Shown here piece after piece: positions 47,086 to 58,178 of a stretch of 64,000 nucleotides of DNA. Below the pieces are notes generated by a model. The model worked only from the letters and a program-made list of their open reading frames with translations, was not told the DNA's origin and did no database searches. Each line of letters starts with the position of its first letter. Within the stretch, counting starts at the first letter, position 1. The translations under genes and the position numbers were made by a program. The DNA is from Paludibacteraceae bacterium (GTDB taxonomy: Bacteria; Bacteroidota; Bacteroidia; Bacteroidales; Paludibacteraceae), in assembly GCA_017547145.1 (NCBI GenBank), contig JAFYQJ010000017.1, positions 57,936 through 121,935 on the forward strand. Reading direction: 5' to 3'.

Positions 47086-47832
47086 TTAAAACTCAAACTG
47101 AAATCCTTGTTTTTTTAATGTCTTTATAAGAGTAGTTGTTATGGTTTCATTATCTTGTTTTGTATAACGAATGTCTGTAAAGATTTGTGCTAGCGAAGTT
47201 TTGTTGTTGTCGGCAACAAATTTTTTATTTTCGGGCAACGACTCTTTGTATGCATAGTGTTTGTCGATGTCTGCAGTAGTATAGTCTGTATAGGTCTCGT
47301 GGTGTAGAATTGCTTCTATGGGTAAGCGATCCGATTTCGAAGGAATGATTTCGGGGTAACCTACAGTAATGGTTGTTATTGGCACTACGAATTTTGGTAA
47401 GTTTAAAGCTTCTACAATTTTCTCTGCATTGTAGGTGGTGGTGCCTAAATAGCAAATGCCTAAACCTTTACTTTCGGCAGCGATGCAAAAATTTTGAGCA
47501 AAAAGCAAGGCGTCAATTGTTGCAGTCAAAAAAGAGTGAAAGTTGTTGTATCCGGGCGTTGCGTTGCGTTGTTCGCACCATTTACAAAAACGATTGAAGT
47601 CGGCACAAAATGTAAGCACCAAAGGAGCATTTGTAACCATTGGTTGATTGAAATGGCAAGGTGCGAGTTGTCGTTTTTTATCGTCGCTTTCGGTAGCAAT
47701 TACGCTGTATAGTTGCATATTGCCTGTAGTTGATGCACAAGAAGCGGCTTGAAGTAATTCTTCAAGCAATGATTGCTCAATTTTTTTGTCGATGTATTTT
47801 CTTACTGAACGATGATTAGTTAAAAATTCCAT
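47086..47832 (-). CDS. nitroreductase-family NAD(P)H oxidoreductase (NfsA-like)
   Basis: HRSVRKY N-terminal motif and nitroreductase fold length. Confidence 0.8.
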   Translation of the reverse strand: MEFLTNHRSVRKYIDKKIEQSLLEELLQAASCASTTGNMQLYSVIATESDDKKRQLAPCHFNQPMVTNAPLVLTFCADFNRFCKWCEQRNATPGYNNFHSFLTATIDALLFAQNFCIAAESKGLGICYLGTTTYNAEKIVEALNLPKFVVPITTITVGYPEIIPSKSDRLPIEAILHHETYTDYTTADIDKHYAYKESLPENKKFVADNNKTSLAQIFTDIRYTKQDNETITTTLIKTLKKQGFQFEF

Positions 47833-48084
47833 GGTTTGATTTTTTTATGATATACTGCAAAAATAAAAAAACAAGCGAACTTCACAGCCAGCTTGTTTCA
47901 AAAAAAACTTTTAACCAAAACAAATTTATTACTAAAATAAAGTCATGAAAATAATTGCAAAATCTATGCCAAACTGCTTACTATTTATTTTGTGTTTTAA
48001 CTTTAACTATTGCAGGCATTATTTTCTCGATAATGTTTATTTTTGCATTTGGATAAATATGTATGACTAAAAATATTTAAGAAT

Positions 48085-49359
48085 ATGAAAAGTAAAGAAA
48101 CAATTTGTGTACAAGGCGGTTGGCAACCAACCAAGGGCGAACCTCGTGTTTTGCCTATTTATCAGAGTACGACGTTTAAATATGATACAAGCGAGCAAAT
48201 GGCCGATTTGTTTGATTTGAAAGCATCAGGCTATTTTTATACTCGTTTGCAGAACCCTACAAACGATGCAGTTGCAGCAAAAATCACGGAATTGGAAGGC
48301 GGTGTTGCTGGTATGCTCACGTCGTCGGGACAAGCGGCTTCTTTTTATGCAATTTTCAATATTTGCGAGGCAGGCGACCATTTTGTGAGTGCATCGTCTA
48401 TCTATGGCGGAACTTACAATTTGTTTGCAGTAACAATGAAAAAACTTGGTATCGAAGTAACTTTTGTTGATGCTGATGCTTCGGAAGAAGAAATCTCAAA
48501 GGCTTTCCGACCAAACACAAAAGCTTTGTTTGGAGAAACTATTGCAAATCCAGTGTTAAGTGTACTCGACATCGAAAAATTTGCTCGTATTGCACATTCT
48601 CACGGCGTTCCTTTGATAGTGGACAATACATTCCCAACGCCGATAAATTGTCGGCCGATAGATTTTGGTGCCGATATTGTTACGCATTCTACTACAAAGT
48701 ATATGGACGGACACGCTACAAGCGTGGGTGGTTGCATTGTAGATAGTGGAAATTTTGATTGGGAGGCTTATGCCGATCGTTTCAAGGGGTTGACGCAACC
48801 CGACCCTTCGTATCATGGTTTGGCTTATACAAAGGCGTTTGGCAAGGGTGCTTACATTACTAAAGCCACAGCCCAACTGATGCGTGATTTTGGGGCTATA
48901 CAGTCGCCACAAAATGCCTTTTTATTGAATCTTGGTCTAGAAACTTTGCATTTGCGTGTGCCTCGCCATTGTGAAAATGCGTTGCGAGTGGCCGAATATC
49001 TCGAGCAAGACGCACGCGTGGCGTGGGTGAATTATAGCGGCTTGAAGTCGAGTCGTTATTACGATTTGGCACAAAAACAATTTACCAACGGACAGTCGTG
49101 CGGCGTTGTAACTTTTGGTTTGAAAGGCGGACGCGACGTAGCTATTCGCTTTATGGATAGCTTGAAATTGGCGGCTATAGTGACGCACGTGGCCGATGCA
49201 CGCACTTGTGTGCTACACCCTGCAAGCCATACGCATCGCCAATTGTCCGACCAGCAACTCATAGAGGCAGGAGTACAGCCAGACTTGATACGTTTTTCGG
49301 TAGGGTTGGAAAATGCCGATGATATTATTAGCGACATAGAGCAAGCTTTAGGTAAATAA
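48085..49359 (+). CDS. metY: O-acetylhomoserine aminocarboxypropyltransferase / sulfhydrylase (PLP-dependent)
   Basis: Cys/Met-metabolism PLP family. HSTTKYMDGH contains the PLP lysine. Confidence 0.9.
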   Translation: MKSKETICVQGGWQPTKGEPRVLPIYQSTTFKYDTSEQMADLFDLKASGYFYTRLQNPTNDAVAAKITELEGGVAGMLTSSGQAASFYAIFNICEAGDHFVSASSIYGGTYNLFAVTMKKLGIEVTFVDADASEEEISKAFRPNTKALFGETIANPVLSVLDIEKFARIAHSHGVPLIVDNTFPTPINCRPIDFGADIVTHSTTKYMDGHATSVGGCIVDSGNFDWEAYADRFKGLTQPDPSYHGLAYTKAFGKGAYITKATAQLMRDFGAIQSPQNAFLLNLGLETLHLRVPRHCENALRVAEYLEQDARVAWVNYSGLKSSRYYDLAQKQFTNGQSCGVVTFGLKGGRDVAIRFMDSLKLAAIVTHVADARTCVLHPASHTHRQLSDQQLIEAGVQPDLIRFSVGLENADDIISDIEQALGK

Positions 49360-49386
49360 ATTATACAACCATAAAAATAGATAACA

Positions 49387-50013
49387 ATGCAAAAGATAAA
49401 ATTTCTTTTTACAGCAATATTTTTCGCTGCATTGGGTTTTGGGTTTGTATCGTGTGAAAACGACAATGAACTTGTTTCTAAATATAACGGATATAATTAT
49501 GTAGATTTAGGCTTAAGTGTGAAATGGGCAACTTGTAATGTGGGTGCCGATTCTCCTGAGGAGTACGGCGACTATTTTGCATGGGGCGAAACCAAGCCTA
49601 AATTGTCCTATAGTGAAGAGAATTATACCTACAAAAAAAATCCAGAAACATTATCCTTTATTAGAGATGTGGCAACGGTAAAAATGGGTAGAAATTGGCG
49701 TATGCCGACAATAGAAGAGCACCAAGAACTCATCGACGAATGTACTTGGACATGGACTACTTTGAATGGTGTTAATGGTTATAACATAGAGGGTCCTAAC
49801 GGCAACTCTATCTTCCTCCCTGCTGCTGGCTATCGCAATGGTAGCGATTTGGACTGCGCAGGGTTATACGGTGACTATTGGTCGAGTTCGCTCCATACGG
49901 GTAACTCCTATGCCTCCCAGCCCTACTACCTTTGCTTCAGTTCGGGCTACGTGAGCTGGTACGTCTCTGGTCGCTACTATGGGAAATCTGTGCGTGGGGT
50001 GTTTACCAAGTAA
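49387..50013 (+). CDS. FISUMP/DUF1566-like lipoprotein
   Basis: Lipobox GFVSC, plus WRMPTIEEHQELI and FLPAAGYRNG...GDYWSSS motifs. Confidence 0.65.
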   Translation: MQKIKFLFTAIFFAALGFGFVSCENDNELVSKYNGYNYVDLGLSVKWATCNVGADSPEEYGDYFAWGETKPKLSYSEENYTYKKNPETLSFIRDVATVKMGRNWRMPTIEEHQELIDECTWTWTTLNGVNGYNIEGPNGNSIFLPAAGYRNGSDLDCAGLYGDYWSSSLHTGNSYASQPYYLCFSSGYVSWYVSGRYYGKSVRGVFTK

Positions 50014-50026
50014 GATAGAAAAATAA

Positions 50027-50175
50027 TGTAGGGACGCACTGTGTGCGTCCGCAAGAAACAGCGTAGGGACGTGGTGCACCGCGTCCCTACAATTTTTTAA
50101 TAAACGCAAAAAAGACGCATTCGATGCGTCCCTATGGGTTTGTAAAAAAATGGACACATTCGATGTGTCCCTACT
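50027..50175. repeat. cluster of four GC-rich REP-like palindromic hairpins
   Basis: Copies at 50027-50053, 50062-50091, 50113-50135 and 50151-50175, built on GGGACGC...GCGTCCCTA. Copies 3 and 4 differ by a compensatory pair (gacGcat..atgCgtc versus gacAcat..atgTgtc). Several copies are flanked by A-runs or T-runs. Confidence 0.8.
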
Positions 50176-50177
50176 AT

Positions 50178-50777
50178 TTATTCGGTATGGGTGTTGATAC
50201 CATTCTTTTTGAACGTATCGTGGGCTTGCTGGTATCGGCTTTGGGTGGGTTGCAGCGTGAGGTGCGTCAGTTGTGCATCAAATTGGCGTTCTGCGATATC
50301 GAGTTGTAGTTCTTTTATCAGCCGCATAGCAAGGTTGGTTTGCTCATAAGCAAAAGAGATGCGGAGTTTTTTTGTAATGGTTTTGCATACTATTTCGGCA
50401 TTAGAAATGGCATCGGCAGCGGCAGCTTTGTAGGCTACAGTAAGTCCGCCAGTGCCAAGCAGAATTCCTCCAAAATAGCGAACAACTATTACTAAAATGT
50501 TGGTCAATTCGGCAGCGTTTATTTGTCCGAGGATGGGTTTGCCTGCCGTAGACGAAGGCTCGCCGTCGTCGTTTGCACGAAAGTCCGTACGCTCTGCTCC
50601 AAGCATATAGGCGTAGCACACGTGGCGTGCGTCGTAAAATTCCTTTCGCTTTTGCTCCAAAATTTGCTTTACCTCGTCGAGGCTATCTACAGGGTAGGCA
50701 AAGGCAAGAAATTTGCTCCCTTTTTCCTTGTAAAGCCCCTCGGACATCGATTGTATGGTACGAAACGTATCTCTCAT
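50178..50777 (-). CDS. YigZ/IMPACT-family protein (UPF0029)
   Basis: KGSKFLAFAYPV...ARHVCYAY...DDGEPSSTAGKPIL signature. Confidence 0.8.
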   Translation of the reverse strand: MRDTFRTIQSMSEGLYKEKGSKFLAFAYPVDSLDEVKQILEQKRKEFYDARHVCYAYMLGAERTDFRANDDGEPSSTAGKPILGQINAAELTNILVIVVRYFGGILLGTGGLTVAYKAAAADAISNAEIVCKTITKKLRISFAYEQTNLAMRLIKELQLDIAERQFDAQLTHLTLQPTQSRYQQAHDTFKKNGINTHTE

Positions 50778-50780
50778 TTT

Positions 50781-53700
50781 TTATCGTGTTAACATAAATC
50801 GAATACTGAATCCGAAGTTAGAGTCGGAAATAGGGTATGAGGTCGAAATCAAAGGATTGTTCATTTGATAATCGTAGAATAGACGCAAGTTTAAGCGTGA
50901 ACTGAACACGTAGTCGGCACTTATTTTTAGCGAAACGGTTTTGTTGCCACTTGTGGGTTGCACTTCGTCGGTTTCTATTTTTCGAATCAAAGCTTTTGTG
51001 TCTTTAAAAGCAATGTCGAGGCGTGTGGTAAGGTTGTTTTTCACCTTCGAGGTTTTGTTTTTGAGTTTAAGAATGACGTCAAAATCTTTGACTACATAGC
51101 CAATACCAAACACAAATTCGTCGTTAGAGGTTTCGATAAGTTGAACACTTGCCATGTTGAGTGTAAGGTTGCGTTGCTTGCGGTATTCAAATTTGGCAGT
51201 GAGGCTATTTTTCATAGCCATATCCAAACCTATAAATGGCGAGAAATTTTCGTTGATAGAAACGCTAGCAATATCGTAGCCCGACGATGGAATTGGGTTG
51301 CCACTTAGCACATCACTTATAAATCCGTAGCCGTCGTCGTTTGTAATGTAACTAGCAAACGAAGTGTACGAACCAATGTTGTATGTACATTGATAAGTGT
51401 GTTTTAGGGTAACGGTTTTGAAGTGTTTTTTTATCCACGGAATGCGTGATAGTCCGTCGTAGGAGATGCTCCAGTTTGGCAATAAACTTTTCAAAGAAGG
51501 GAATGGAGTTTTCTCGGTTTTCTTCAACGAACGATTAGAATAAGCTGCAAAAAATGCAGGAATTAAAACATCGGGAGAGTTGAGGTTGTAGCTTCCTACC
51601 GATGGGTCAAATTTCTTCCCACTTAATAATGGTTTGTCTTCCATAAACCCTGTGGTTGGATAGTGCGTGTTTTGGTAGCGTGCTTGTAATTCTTGAGCAA
51701 TTGTTCCGCGGTGTTCTTTCATTTGTACGTATGCTTTCGAATGATAGTTGTTTTTTTCGTTACCTATTGCCCAAAACGAAGTACCAATGGCAACGTGTGT
51801 CATACGGAAACCTCCGGTAAATGTTTTTGGCATACCCTCAAAAGCGTATTGAACGGTTTTTTGGTCGGTGGTAACATATTTTGCCGAGAGTGCAATTTTT
51901 AGTCCGGGGATAGGCTCTATGTTAGCTTTGATGTCCAAATCGGTAGCTTTTGCAACACTTGCAGGATTGATAATAGAGTCGTTGCTCGAAAGCCATCCTC
52001 TCTCCCAAGCCCTTTCAATGAACCCTTCGCCGGGAATTCCGAATGAAAAATCGAGCCCCGGAGATAACATCTTTTGAGATGCTGACTGTCCGAAAAACGT
52101 AACATCGTTCATAAATCCGGGAAGAAGAAGGCTGTTCGATTCTTTATACGAAATAGATACGCGACGCACCATCATTAAAAATCGTAATGACAATTGTCCA
52201 AACTTTTGTGCTGGCGTAAGGGCGTTTGGGTCTTTAGTCTTTATTTTTATCGACAATTTGTTAATGTCTTGATTTGATGTGAATTCGATCTCGTTGTTGT
52301 TTTTCTTTTTGTATTTCAAACGAATTTCTTTGCCATTTGCATCGGTAGCAGTTAGGTCGAATGTAGTAGAATTAAGATTGTGGCGTACAGTTTTCTTTTC
52401 GCCTTTTTTTACATTGACTACAACGGAGAAGTTTTTAGCTCTAAATTTTCGTTGTGTTTGTGTAGTTTGCGAAGACGAGTAACGCTTATTTATGTCTTTT
52501 AAATATTTTGATTTATTGTAAAGCGTTTCAAGATTAAACTGCCCATCAACTTGCCAATTGTTAATACTTGAAATTGTATTTCCTATGGTAAGTTCATTTT
52601 CGGTTACGATGCCTCTATCCCAATGATATGTAGTGGAGTATTGTCCGTTGGCATTTATCCATTCCAAATAAGGTATTTTGTTGATAGGCAATGTGTACGA
52701 CGCCGTAAATATCTGTTGATAGGTAAGTGGTCGACCTAATGTTTTTAAGCTACTTAATACCGTATCTTTCCAATTTTTGTATTCATCGGGGAATATGTCT
52801 TTGTTTACAGGTGCGTATCGTGTTTCATCAACTCTGCAGTTTGTTGCAGTGGCGAGCGTGAATTTTAGGTTTTTAGTAAGGTCGTAGTTGAAATTGAATT
52901 TTCTGTCGAGGGTGAAATCTTTACTGAAAGATAGAAGCGTGTTGTCGGCAAAAGATTCTGCTTTTTCCATTGTACCAGTTAAGTCTCGCATTAAGATTTC
53001 CGAATAATTTCGTGCGAGGTTTGCCGAGAAACTTATTCTGTTAGGAATGTAGTTGATATTAAACTCTTTAATAATGCGGAATGCAGGGTTGTTTAATTTT
53101 TTAGAATTTTTAAATGGCTCCCAAGGCTTTGGTGTAGTTGAAAAATCGTAATTGAACGAGGCTTGATGATCTTTCATTACATCGTATTCTGTTTCGGGAT
53201 TTTTGTTTTCGGTTTCGTTATAGGCATACGATAGAGAGAAGTTAGCTGGGTCGTATATTCTAGGTTTTTTGCCCGAATAATCTACTTTTACATTTGTTAG
53301 ATTTACACTTTTGGTAGTTTGTCGAGTAATCGATTTTTTTTCTAATTCTTTTTTCTCTTCTTCGGTTTCGAGAGCATCAAGAGCGTCGTTTAATAGTACA
53401 TCTTCGTCTAGCGGATTGTATTTAGGCTTTTCGTAATCTTGCGAATAAGAGAAGTAAATTGGCAATTTAACGTTAGCTTTTTCGGGGAAAAGCTTGCCTA
53501 ATTCAAAAGCAGTTGATAATTGCAATTGATATTTGTTTTCCATATTGCGATCTTGTACGTTGTCTTCAATACCTCCAAATCCTGCAGTTTCTACGCGTCC
53601 GGCTATATTAAAATTACCAAAATCAGAAAAGTTAATTGCTAAATCGGAAACAGCTCCCCATCCACCTTCTTCGTTAAACTCGCTTAAACGCAATTCGTTA

Positions 53701-56700
53701 ACCCATACTTCAACACTCTTTTCAGATTTAGAGTTGTTTCGTATACCAATCATTATTACTTGTACGTCAGCAAGATTTGGATTGCCGAGTATCGTAACCT
53801 TGTTTTGTAGGTTTTCAGGATCGTATTCGGAATATTTTGTGTGCTGATTGATAGCCGTGTTTCCTCTGCTTTTTTCACGATTGCGATTGTTTTTTATTTT
53901 TGTCAGCAGTGAAAGAGGAAAGTCTATCATATTACTTTGAGGCCAAACAATTTCAGCTTCATTTTCAGAATAAAGACCCTCTTTTGTTAAAGTGAGTGGA
54001 ACTTCGTATTCGTAGTAATTGTTAGTATTGTCTGTTCCTATACGAATGAAAACACTTACTTCGTTGTCTTTAATTTCAAGATTGTTGACAACTTCTGCAT
54101 GGGTAAACATCTGAATACGACCATATTGGCGTAAGTCGAATGATAGGTTTTTATAAACAGCTCGAGCATCGCCTGGCGACAAGTTTGCAACCTTTAGTTG
54201 CATCGATTGTTCGTTTTCTTGTCGAAGTTGTGGTTGACTTGGGTCAGTTTCTCGTGTAACACCAGGTGGCAAAATATAGTTTACAGGTTTCTTATTTGCA
54301 TTTTCTTCGATACTAACAGCCGATACGTCTATTGTCCCATTAGTTATAGGAGGATTATTTGCTTCGTATAAATCTTTCGAATAAATACGCCAATCACCAC
54401 GAACAAGTCTTATAGTACCAAAACGTAGATGCGTAGTTTCCGAATAATTATTTAAGAACATTCTAATGAAACGAATTGAGCGGAAATCTCTAATTGTACC
54501 ATAACTTCTTTCGTAACTTCTTATAGGAATTTTGAATTGATACCAAGTTACATTACTTTTTGTACCATTTTTTAGTTCTACGCTTGCTTCAATTTTATCA
54601 TTGATGTAGTTTTTCCCTATTTCAAGGTCTGCTTTTCTTGTTGAAATGCGGTATTCGAAATATTTTTCATATTCGTTGAGTGTGTTGTCGCCGTTTAGGT
54701 CTTCTACATCAGGTAGTGTAGATGCAGAGGTGGAGTAGTTTTCATTGTTTTTGTTTGATGGAATAGAGTTGCCTTCCATGCCATTGTAACGTTTGTATCG
54801 CTCTAAAATACCTAACTCTTGAGCATCGTAGTCTGAACCTCTATAGTGATGATAGTTGTCGCCTGCAGGGTCGTTTAGTACTGAAAATGGGTCGTTATTT
54901 AAACGTTGTAGAGCTTCTGTAGAAAGTTTACTTTTATAGTTGTTTATATAGTTTTTGTAAGTAGAAAATTTAAACTCTTCTTCAGTTTTTAATCCATCAA
55001 AACCAACATCTTGATTCATACGAGCATCGTCGTCGTTGGAAAAAGCCACAACTGTTGATTGTACTTTAGGAACACGTCCCCAAATTGTAGTTTCAGTTAC
55101 AGAAGTATCGCCAACGGCCGAAAGTCCATTCTCAAAATATTTTTTACCATCTTTCAAAATGTCTTCAGATATATCACCAAGGTTGATAAATAAATCGCCA
55201 CCTTGCATTGTGCCTGTTGAGTCGTTTACAAATGGGTCCATTAACCAAAATTCAAGGTATTCGATGTTTGATGTTTCAAAATTTGTTACATCAAGTTTAC
55301 GCATGATACCTCCCCAACGCTTTTGAGGGAAAAGTAAATTCCCGTTATTATCAATGTTGTCGGAGTCAAGGTTGTACGGACCGCGTTCGTTTGGATAGAA
55401 AGACAAGTTTAGTACCGAAAGATATGATGTTTCTCCAACGATGGCTTCTCTGTTTGGAAATATTTCTTGTTCGAGTACTTCTCGAGTCAAATGGTTTGAC
55501 TGCAAATCTTTGTTTTGTTTGATATGTATTGGTGTGGTGGAGTTGTTTCTGTTAAAAACACTATTGTCTATCGAATACCAACTTAACAAAGCTCTATTTT
55601 TACCATATTCAGTATCATTACTTTTTTTCGATTCTGGAAAACTTGATGGTGTACTTGCCAATTTCCAATAATATGGATATGCAATGTCGATGCTTGTTTC
55701 TGATGTTTCGAAATCGTCGAGATAGGCAAAACCTTTGTTATTTTCTATTTTTCGATGTCCTGGTATTAATTGGGCAACTTCTGCATTAAATGATATATTA
55801 GATTCTTGCGAAAGGTTAAGTAATGGCAATTTATTTAGAAAAGAAGTTAACCATGGAGCTTCTGTTTTGTAAGCTGCATTTACACCCCAAATTGTATTTG
55901 AAAGAGGTTCAGAACCAATTGCCATTTTTGTTACTAAAGGCATCTCGGAAAGGTGCATCACAGTACCACCAATAGAAAAATCTTTGTTAAACGTATATTC
56001 GAGATGTGTACCAACTAGAGTTTTCCGTTGTAGGTTGAACATTGATTGATTTTCAAGCGAAACATCAATGTCTGTACCTGAAGCTAAAATGGATTCGTCG
56101 AGAATTGTAACTGTACCCATAATGTAATCTACAATGTAGTCTACGTTTTCTGTTAATGTTCTACCTCCTGCAGTAACTTTTACCGAACCTCGTGTTACAT
56201 TCATTGCATTAAGTTGAATTTCGGAACTTGACGATGCTTTGTATTTTCCTGATATAATAAATTTATTTTTTTCAGAAAGTTCTTGTGCAACGATTAAGGT
56301 AGAGTCGTACAACTCTTGGAAAATATATTTTTTTGCAATTGCATCGTTCCCAATAACTTTTCGTAAGCCTTCGCCAAATGGTTCTAGAAGAGGGAAGTAT
56401 ATTCGTCCTGTAGAGGAGTTGATGGTAAATCCTTCTACATAGTCAAAAGTCCCGTCGGGATGTGGTTCGTTGCGAGAATCTAAACGATCGAATCCTAAAG
56501 CTCTAACAAGAAGTTTGTTTTTGATATTTCCTTCGCTTATATAGTTTAGGTAAAGACCATTGGAGTCGTTGCGGTGTTGAATGTCGAGTCTGAATTTTTC
56601 CGATTGAATGCGTGTAGCTCCAATATAATAAACGTTTTTCATCATCAAATCCCAGGTCGGTATATTTGGGTTTTGTGCTGAACTTTTTAGCAATTTTAAT

Positions 56701-58163
56701 ATTAAAGCTTGTGGAGGATCTATTCTGTCGGTAGAAAATTCTCCTACTTGATATGTTTTTCCATTGTATGTATACTCAAAAGCAACGGCAAGCACTTCGT
56801 CAGCATTAAGTGTATTTTGCAGAGAAATATATCCTAATTGAGCATTGAATGTATATTCAGAAGCATCGAGTTTACGGGCACTTTCTATTTTTTCATAATC
56901 TTCTCCGCCTACCATCCCATTGTAGCCATCGAGGGTGCTATTTGTGGTTTGTATATCACGTACACTCGTATTGCTTGCAAATTCTGCATACAGATTGTTG
57001 CTTCTATTGTCAGGAATGGGGGAAGCAATACTCCAAAAATTATTGTGAATACGTTCACTTTCGGCTAAGTCCATAAATGCAACAATATTCCGAGCTTGTT
57101 CGTAATTGCCACGTTTGTTTGTAACCCATACCTCTACACGATTTATGGTAATTCCGGAAGAGATTAGCGGAAGTTGTTTCATCGACTTTTCGTAATTGTC
57201 GCGAAAATAATGTGCTAAAAAGAAGTGTCTGTTTTCGTCGTATTCGTCAGCATTAACTTCGAATTCTTTTAATTGAGTACCCCCTTTGCTATTTACATGT
57301 TGCGATTCCGATTGTTGTTGAGAAACAACTGCCGTAACATTTAGTTTCCCAAATTGTAATTCTGTTTTTATACCAAAAAGAGCAGAACTCCCTTTTATTA
57401 AAGAGCCTTGTACGGGCATACTTACATTACCGGCTTCAAGTTTTTTTATGATTTCGTCTTCTTTCCCAGAGTAGGCCAATTTCAACATTTGTTTATCAAA
57501 GTCAAATGTAGATTCTGTGTTGTAATTAAGGTTAAAGTTGATTTTATCTCCAACTTTTCCATTTACACTTAATTGAATATTTTCATCAAAATCGAAAGTG
57601 GTTGTTTTTCGAAGTTTTTCTGATAGTGCAGGGTTGTCTAGCTTATTGTGTAATAAACCAAATGTTATTTCTGCAGAACCTTGTGTTTTGAGTTGAACAC
57701 CGCCCGGACCAAAAATTTTGTCGGCAGGTCCAATGTCAAATTTTATATCTGTAAGTTTAAATTTGGAGTCGTATGATTCAAGTTTTTCGGAGTTTTTTGT
57801 TTTCCAAAAGTTTTGCATCTCTTGTTGCAACGTATAATCTTTATATTCTTCTTCTGTAAGCGAAAATGGACTTGATATTTCGATATCTCCTATTTTTGTT
57901 CGAACAATATAATTGCCAGAAATTGGGTCGTATTCTATTTCTGTTTTAATGTTTTCGGGGTCTTTTAAGTCAATAGGATTTTTCTCTGTTAAATCTTGAT
58001 AATCATTTTTTTGTAAATCTTTTACTTTGAATTCTGGACTTGGAATATTCTCAAAAGACTCATCCTCTTTTTGTTTTTTTTGTGTAGTTTGCCCTATAGC
58101 ATAATTTGATATAATCATGCCAAAAACACTAATGACGATAACTATTTTTAGTAGTTTATGCAT
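50781..58163 (-). CDS. sprA: T9SS outer-membrane translocon SprA/Sov
   Basis: 2460-aa secreted giant beta-barrel-type protein. Its size and its position next to ruvA are typical of sprA in Bacteroidota. Confidence 0.8.
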   Translation of the reverse strand: MHKLLKIVIVISVFGMIISNYAIGQTTQKKQKEDESFENIPSPEFKVKDLQKNDYQDLTEKNPIDLKDPENIKTEIEYDPISGNYIVRTKIGDIEISSPFSLTEEEYKDYTLQQEMQNFWKTKNSEKLESYDSKFKLTDIKFDIGPADKIFGPGGVQLKTQGSAEITFGLLHNKLDNPALSEKLRKTTTFDFDENIQLSVNGKVGDKINFNLNYNTESTFDFDKQMLKLAYSGKEDEIIKKLEAGNVSMPVQGSLIKGSSALFGIKTELQFGKLNVTAVVSQQQSESQHVNSKGGTQLKEFEVNADEYDENRHFFLAHYFRDNYEKSMKQLPLISSGITINRVEVWVTNKRGNYEQARNIVAFMDLAESERIHNNFWSIASPIPDNRSNNLYAEFASNTSVRDIQTTNSTLDGYNGMVGGEDYEKIESARKLDASEYTFNAQLGYISLQNTLNADEVLAVAFEYTYNGKTYQVGEFSTDRIDPPQALILKLLKSSAQNPNIPTWDLMMKNVYYIGATRIQSEKFRLDIQHRNDSNGLYLNYISEGNIKNKLLVRALGFDRLDSRNEPHPDGTFDYVEGFTINSSTGRIYFPLLEPFGEGLRKVIGNDAIAKKYIFQELYDSTLIVAQELSEKNKFIISGKYKASSSSEIQLNAMNVTRGSVKVTAGGRTLTENVDYIVDYIMGTVTILDESILASGTDIDVSLENQSMFNLQRKTLVGTHLEYTFNKDFSIGGTVMHLSEMPLVTKMAIGSEPLSNTIWGVNAAYKTEAPWLTSFLNKLPLLNLSQESNISFNAEVAQLIPGHRKIENNKGFAYLDDFETSETSIDIAYPYYWKLASTPSSFPESKKSNDTEYGKNRALLSWYSIDNSVFNRNNSTTPIHIKQNKDLQSNHLTREVLEQEIFPNREAIVGETSYLSVLNLSFYPNERGPYNLDSDNIDNNGNLLFPQKRWGGIMRKLDVTNFETSNIEYLEFWLMDPFVNDSTGTMQGGDLFINLGDISEDILKDGKKYFENGLSAVGDTSVTETTIWGRVPKVQSTVVAFSNDDDARMNQDVGFDGLKTEEEFKFSTYKNYINNYKSKLSTEALQRLNNDPFSVLNDPAGDNYHHYRGSDYDAQELGILERYKRYNGMEGNSIPSNKNNENYSTSASTLPDVEDLNGDNTLNEYEKYFEYRISTRKADLEIGKNYINDKIEASVELKNGTKSNVTWYQFKIPIRSYERSYGTIRDFRSIRFIRMFLNNYSETTHLRFGTIRLVRGDWRIYSKDLYEANNPPITNGTIDVSAVSIEENANKKPVNYILPPGVTRETDPSQPQLRQENEQSMQLKVANLSPGDARAVYKNLSFDLRQYGRIQMFTHAEVVNNLEIKDNEVSVFIRIGTDNTNNYYEYEVPLTLTKEGLYSENEAEIVWPQSNMIDFPLSLLTKIKNNRNREKSRGNTAINQHTKYSEYDPENLQNKVTILGNPNLADVQVIMIGIRNNSKSEKSVEVWVNELRLSEFNEEGGWGAVSDLAINFSDFGNFNIAGRVETAGFGGIEDNVQDRNMENKYQLQLSTAFELGKLFPEKANVKLPIYFSYSQDYEKPKYNPLDEDVLLNDALDALETEEEKKELEKKSITRQTTKSVNLTNVKVDYSGKKPRIYDPANFSLSYAYNETENKNPETEYDVMKDHQASFNYDFSTTPKPWEPFKNSKKLNNPAFRIIKEFNINYIPNRISFSANLARNYSEILMRDLTGTMEKAESFADNTLLSFSKDFTLDRKFNFNYDLTKNLKFTLATATNCRVDETRYAPVNKDIFPDEYKNWKDTVLSSLKTLGRPLTYQQIFTASYTLPINKIPYLEWINANGQYSTTYHWDRGIVTENELTIGNTISSINNWQVDGQFNLETLYNKSKYLKDINKRYSSSQTTQTQRKFRAKNFSVVVNVKKGEKKTVRHNLNSTTFDLTATDANGKEIRLKYKKKNNNEIEFTSNQDINKLSIKIKTKDPNALTPAQKFGQLSLRFLMMVRRVSISYKESNSLLLPGFMNDVTFFGQSASQKMLSPGLDFSFGIPGEGFIERAWERGWLSSNDSIINPASVAKATDLDIKANIEPIPGLKIALSAKYVTTDQKTVQYAFEGMPKTFTGGFRMTHVAIGTSFWAIGNEKNNYHSKAYVQMKEHRGTIAQELQARYQNTHYPTTGFMEDKPLLSGKKFDPSVGSYNLNSPDVLIPAFFAAYSNRSLKKTEKTPFPSLKSLLPNWSISYDGLSRIPWIKKHFKTVTLKHTYQCTYNIGSYTSFASYITNDDGYGFISDVLSGNPIPSSGYDIASVSINENFSPFIGLDMAMKNSLTAKFEYRKQRNLTLNMASVQLIETSNDEFVFGIGYVVKDFDVILKLKNKTSKVKNNLTTRLDIAFKDTKALIRKIETDEVQPTSGNKTVSLKISADYVFSSRLNLRLFYDYQMNNPLISTSYPISDSNFGFSIRFMLTR

Positions 58164-58178
58164 TTATTAGTTTGACTT

